Shown: positions 63,179 through 64,000 of the stretch, one piece after another
Position numbering within the stretch: position 1 is the stretch's first letter
Layout: the number at the start of each line of letters is the position of its first letter
NCBI RefSeq assembly: GCF_009914755.1
Contig: NC_060944.1
Strand: one strand, 5' to 3'
Source of the DNA: the human T2T-CHM13v2.0 reference genome, Homo sapiens
DNA length: 64,000 nt
Made by a program: the position numbers and the translations under genes
Notes under the pieces: generated by a model
What the model saw: the letters and a program-made list of their open reading frames with translations, nothing else
What the model was told of the DNA's origin: nothing
Databases searched by the model: none

Positions 63179-64000
63179 TCAGGAGTGCCATCTCATTTGG
63201 CTTCTGGGGCAGCCAATGTTGCACTGGGTGATTGGGGACCTCCCAACACCCTTTGTGTTTCTCCTTCCTCCTCTGTATAGGGAGAAGGTTGGACCCCATC
63301 TTTTCTAAAGTCACCTTCAGATGTACCTTTTGGTTTTTCTAAATACTTTCTTCTTCCTCTACTCTGAGAAGGAAGGAGCTAGAAGAACTTGAAGACCAGT
63401 TAACAATCAGTTACACATTTTCTGATCCACAGAAAAGGCAGGCGTCTCCTCCCTGCTCATGTCATCTAGCCATTAACCCTGAGGCTAAACCCGCCCAGAA
63501 AATACATTCCAAATGGAAGCGGCTGTTGGTAGACGGGGCAACTCTGAGCCACGGGTTTTGAACTGTTTTCCCATGGCAAATTCACAGGCTTGGAACACAG
63601 CCTTTGTGAGGCACTTCACGGACTCCTTTCTATATCTGTGTTGACAGTCTGCAGACTAAGAGTGGCCCCAAATTAACATCCGAGAAGGTGGAAACATGTC
63701 ATTTTTCTCAAGTTGTCCTAAGAGAGGCGTCTATGTGTCAGAATCAGACATCTCTATAGCTGGGTGCGATCTCTGCATATCTTTAGATTAGAACAACTCT
63801 TCATTTTACAGATGAGGACATTAATTCCCAGGGAGGTGAAACTGCTCGTGCAGCCACACAGCTGATGAAGTACGACTTCCATCACCCCCCAAAACACAGC
63901 CCTTATTCCTTGATCTTCTTTCACCTGACTCTGTGGCTGACGCTATTCTTTCTGATGAACACTTTACTGAAATTTCACCTACAGATGCTACGTTACAGCT

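Overview
Human (or near-identical primate) genomic DNA from the AURKA-CSTF1-CASS4 locus, known as chr20q13.2. The minus strand carries the 5' half of AURKA: five coding exons (aa 1-235) plus alternative 5'UTR exons, with the gene continuing off the left edge. AURKA shares a CpG-island bidirectional promoter (~13.4-14.5 kb) with CSTF1 on the plus strand. CSTF1 is complete; five coding exons splice to 1296 nt, giving a 431-aa WD40 protein. CASS4 (+) starts at ~33.6 kb; its first two coding exons (including the SH3 domain) are present and it continues off the right edge. The rest is intronic or intergenic, with ~40 Alus and old L1/L2/MIR/MER relics; almost all ORF-track entries are Alu-derived or chance. 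I see no clearly new gene system. The best unexplained structures are: (1) a diverged ~340-bp inverted duplication in CASS4 intron 1 whose best-preserved blocks are TF motifs; (2) a perfect 61-bp tandem duplication abutting an AURKA splice donor; (3) an AURKA 5'UTR exon built from two opposite Alu pieces that creates an overlapping uORF; (4) candidate poison/truncating exons in CSTF1; (5) micro-duplications that build GATA/ETS clusters and several short locally templated copies. Exon coordinates were read from GT/AG boundaries; repeat coordinates and subfamilies are approximate, by-eye calls.
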